From Camelus ferus (lineage: Eukaryota), in contig NC_045697.1 of the NCBI RefSeq assembly GCF_009834535.1, forward strand, positions 23,872,001 to 23,936,000: 64,000 bases of DNA, read 5' to 3'. How positions within the stretch are numbered: position 1 is the first letter of the stretch; each line of letters starts with the position of its first letter. The translations under genes and the position numbers were made by a program. Below, piece after piece: positions 63,050-64,000 of this stretch. The notes below the pieces were generated by a model. That model saw nothing but the letters and a program-made list of their open reading frames with translations. It had not been told where the DNA came from and ran no database searches.

Positions 63050-64000
63050 AGAATGAAATGAAGCAGAAACATTAATTTAAAAGTCACATTAGTATAAGCA
63101 CTGAACAGAAATTCATTTAACTAATCAATCCAACTTGACAACTAGTAAAATTAAACCAGACTTTCACATAACTACAAATATAATTTTTGAGAAATTATTG
63201 AGGCATAACAATTTTCTTTTTTCATTTGTAATGCTCAAAAAACAATTATTTAATTAACCCCAAATATATCCAGAATCATTCATAGCAGCATAATATTATA
63301 TTGAGACAAATTTTCAATATCAAATAACAGCCAAATTAACAAGACCAAAATTCTGTCTTACCGAAACATATCTCTACTTCTCTTTCAGTTGATCTACACT
63401 TGGTCAATTTCTCACCTCATCTGTAAACTTATCTCTATAATCCCCATTTTGTTAGCAATGTGTATACTACTTTGGAGAAGGATTGCATCTATTTTAGTGT
63501 CTGGAAAAAATTAAATTTTAGTAGCAGAAAAGTGTCTTTTAAATAACTGAAATGTTATAAAGCTTCGTATGTTGAAGATAATCTATATCAAGCTTGTTGC
63601 CAGTATAATCTTAAATGATGATTTAATAGAAGCACTTATGCCCAATATTACTAATATTCTTTAAAATTATTCAAGGACAGATTGGTCAGTGCATGAACAA
63701 TAACAGCAACGAAGGAGGTACACCTATGTAAAAATGTTAGAAATTTCCTTATTTGAAGATATGATTTTTTTAAAAAATCTAGGCAGCTGGGGAAAACAAA
63801 GGAGATATGCACTATAATTTAAAAAAATGAATAAAAGATTTTACAAAATTCAACATCCATTTATTATAAAAACTCTCCAGAATATGGGCAGAGAGGGACT
63901 ATACCTCAACATAATAAAGGCTGTATATGACAGACACAGCTAACATCATGCTCAATGATAAAAAGCTGAAAGCATTTCCTCTAAGATCAGGAATGTCCAC
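63050..64000 (+). mobile_element. L1 ORF2 fragments: an old degraded part, plus a better-preserved RT-region piece from ~63825 that runs off the window end
   Basis: acaaaattcaacatccattt...atacctcaacataataaaggctgtatatgacaga...aaaagctgaaagcatttcctctaagatcaggaa parallels the RT region of the full-length L1 (KIQHPF...YLNIIKA.YD...KLKAFPLRSG). Confidence 0.8.

Noticed and set aside
1..64000. CRISPR array, operon, or prokaryotic or viral defence system
   Set aside because: The sequence is mammalian, repeat-rich and non-coding. There is no repeat-spacer array, and the only RT/nuclease is ordinary L1 ORF2.

Overview
This is AT-rich mammalian nuclear DNA, either a large intron or intergenic sequence, dominated by transposable elements. 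A tRNA-derived SINE with a camelid-type tail (35535-35661) suggests alpaca, llama or camel; this is inferred from remembered consensus, not a search. I recognise no host protein-coding exon, RNA gene, CRISPR array or prokaryotic system. Almost all ORF-track entries outside 50.7-55.8 kb look spurious. The main feature is a full-length, decayed ~7.4 kb LINE-1 on the minus strand (50389-57799). It has a perfect 16-bp target-site duplication (TSD), frameshifted ORF1 and ORF2 (EN, RT with YADD, CCHC), a long inter-ORF spacer and a tandemly duplicated AT-rich block in its 5' UTR. The other notable items are: an internally deleted L1 whose TSDs enclose an apparent 3' transduction (23196-24789); two four-level nested TE stacks; a templated-insertion scar typical of polymerase theta end joining (48738-48823); three short tandem duplications; several candidate, mostly non-coding exons on the + strand; and three transcription-factor motif clusters. 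I found no convincing novel biological system. Repeat subfamily names come from recalled consensus motifs and need RepeatMasker/Dfam confirmation. Boundaries of the old elements are approximate.
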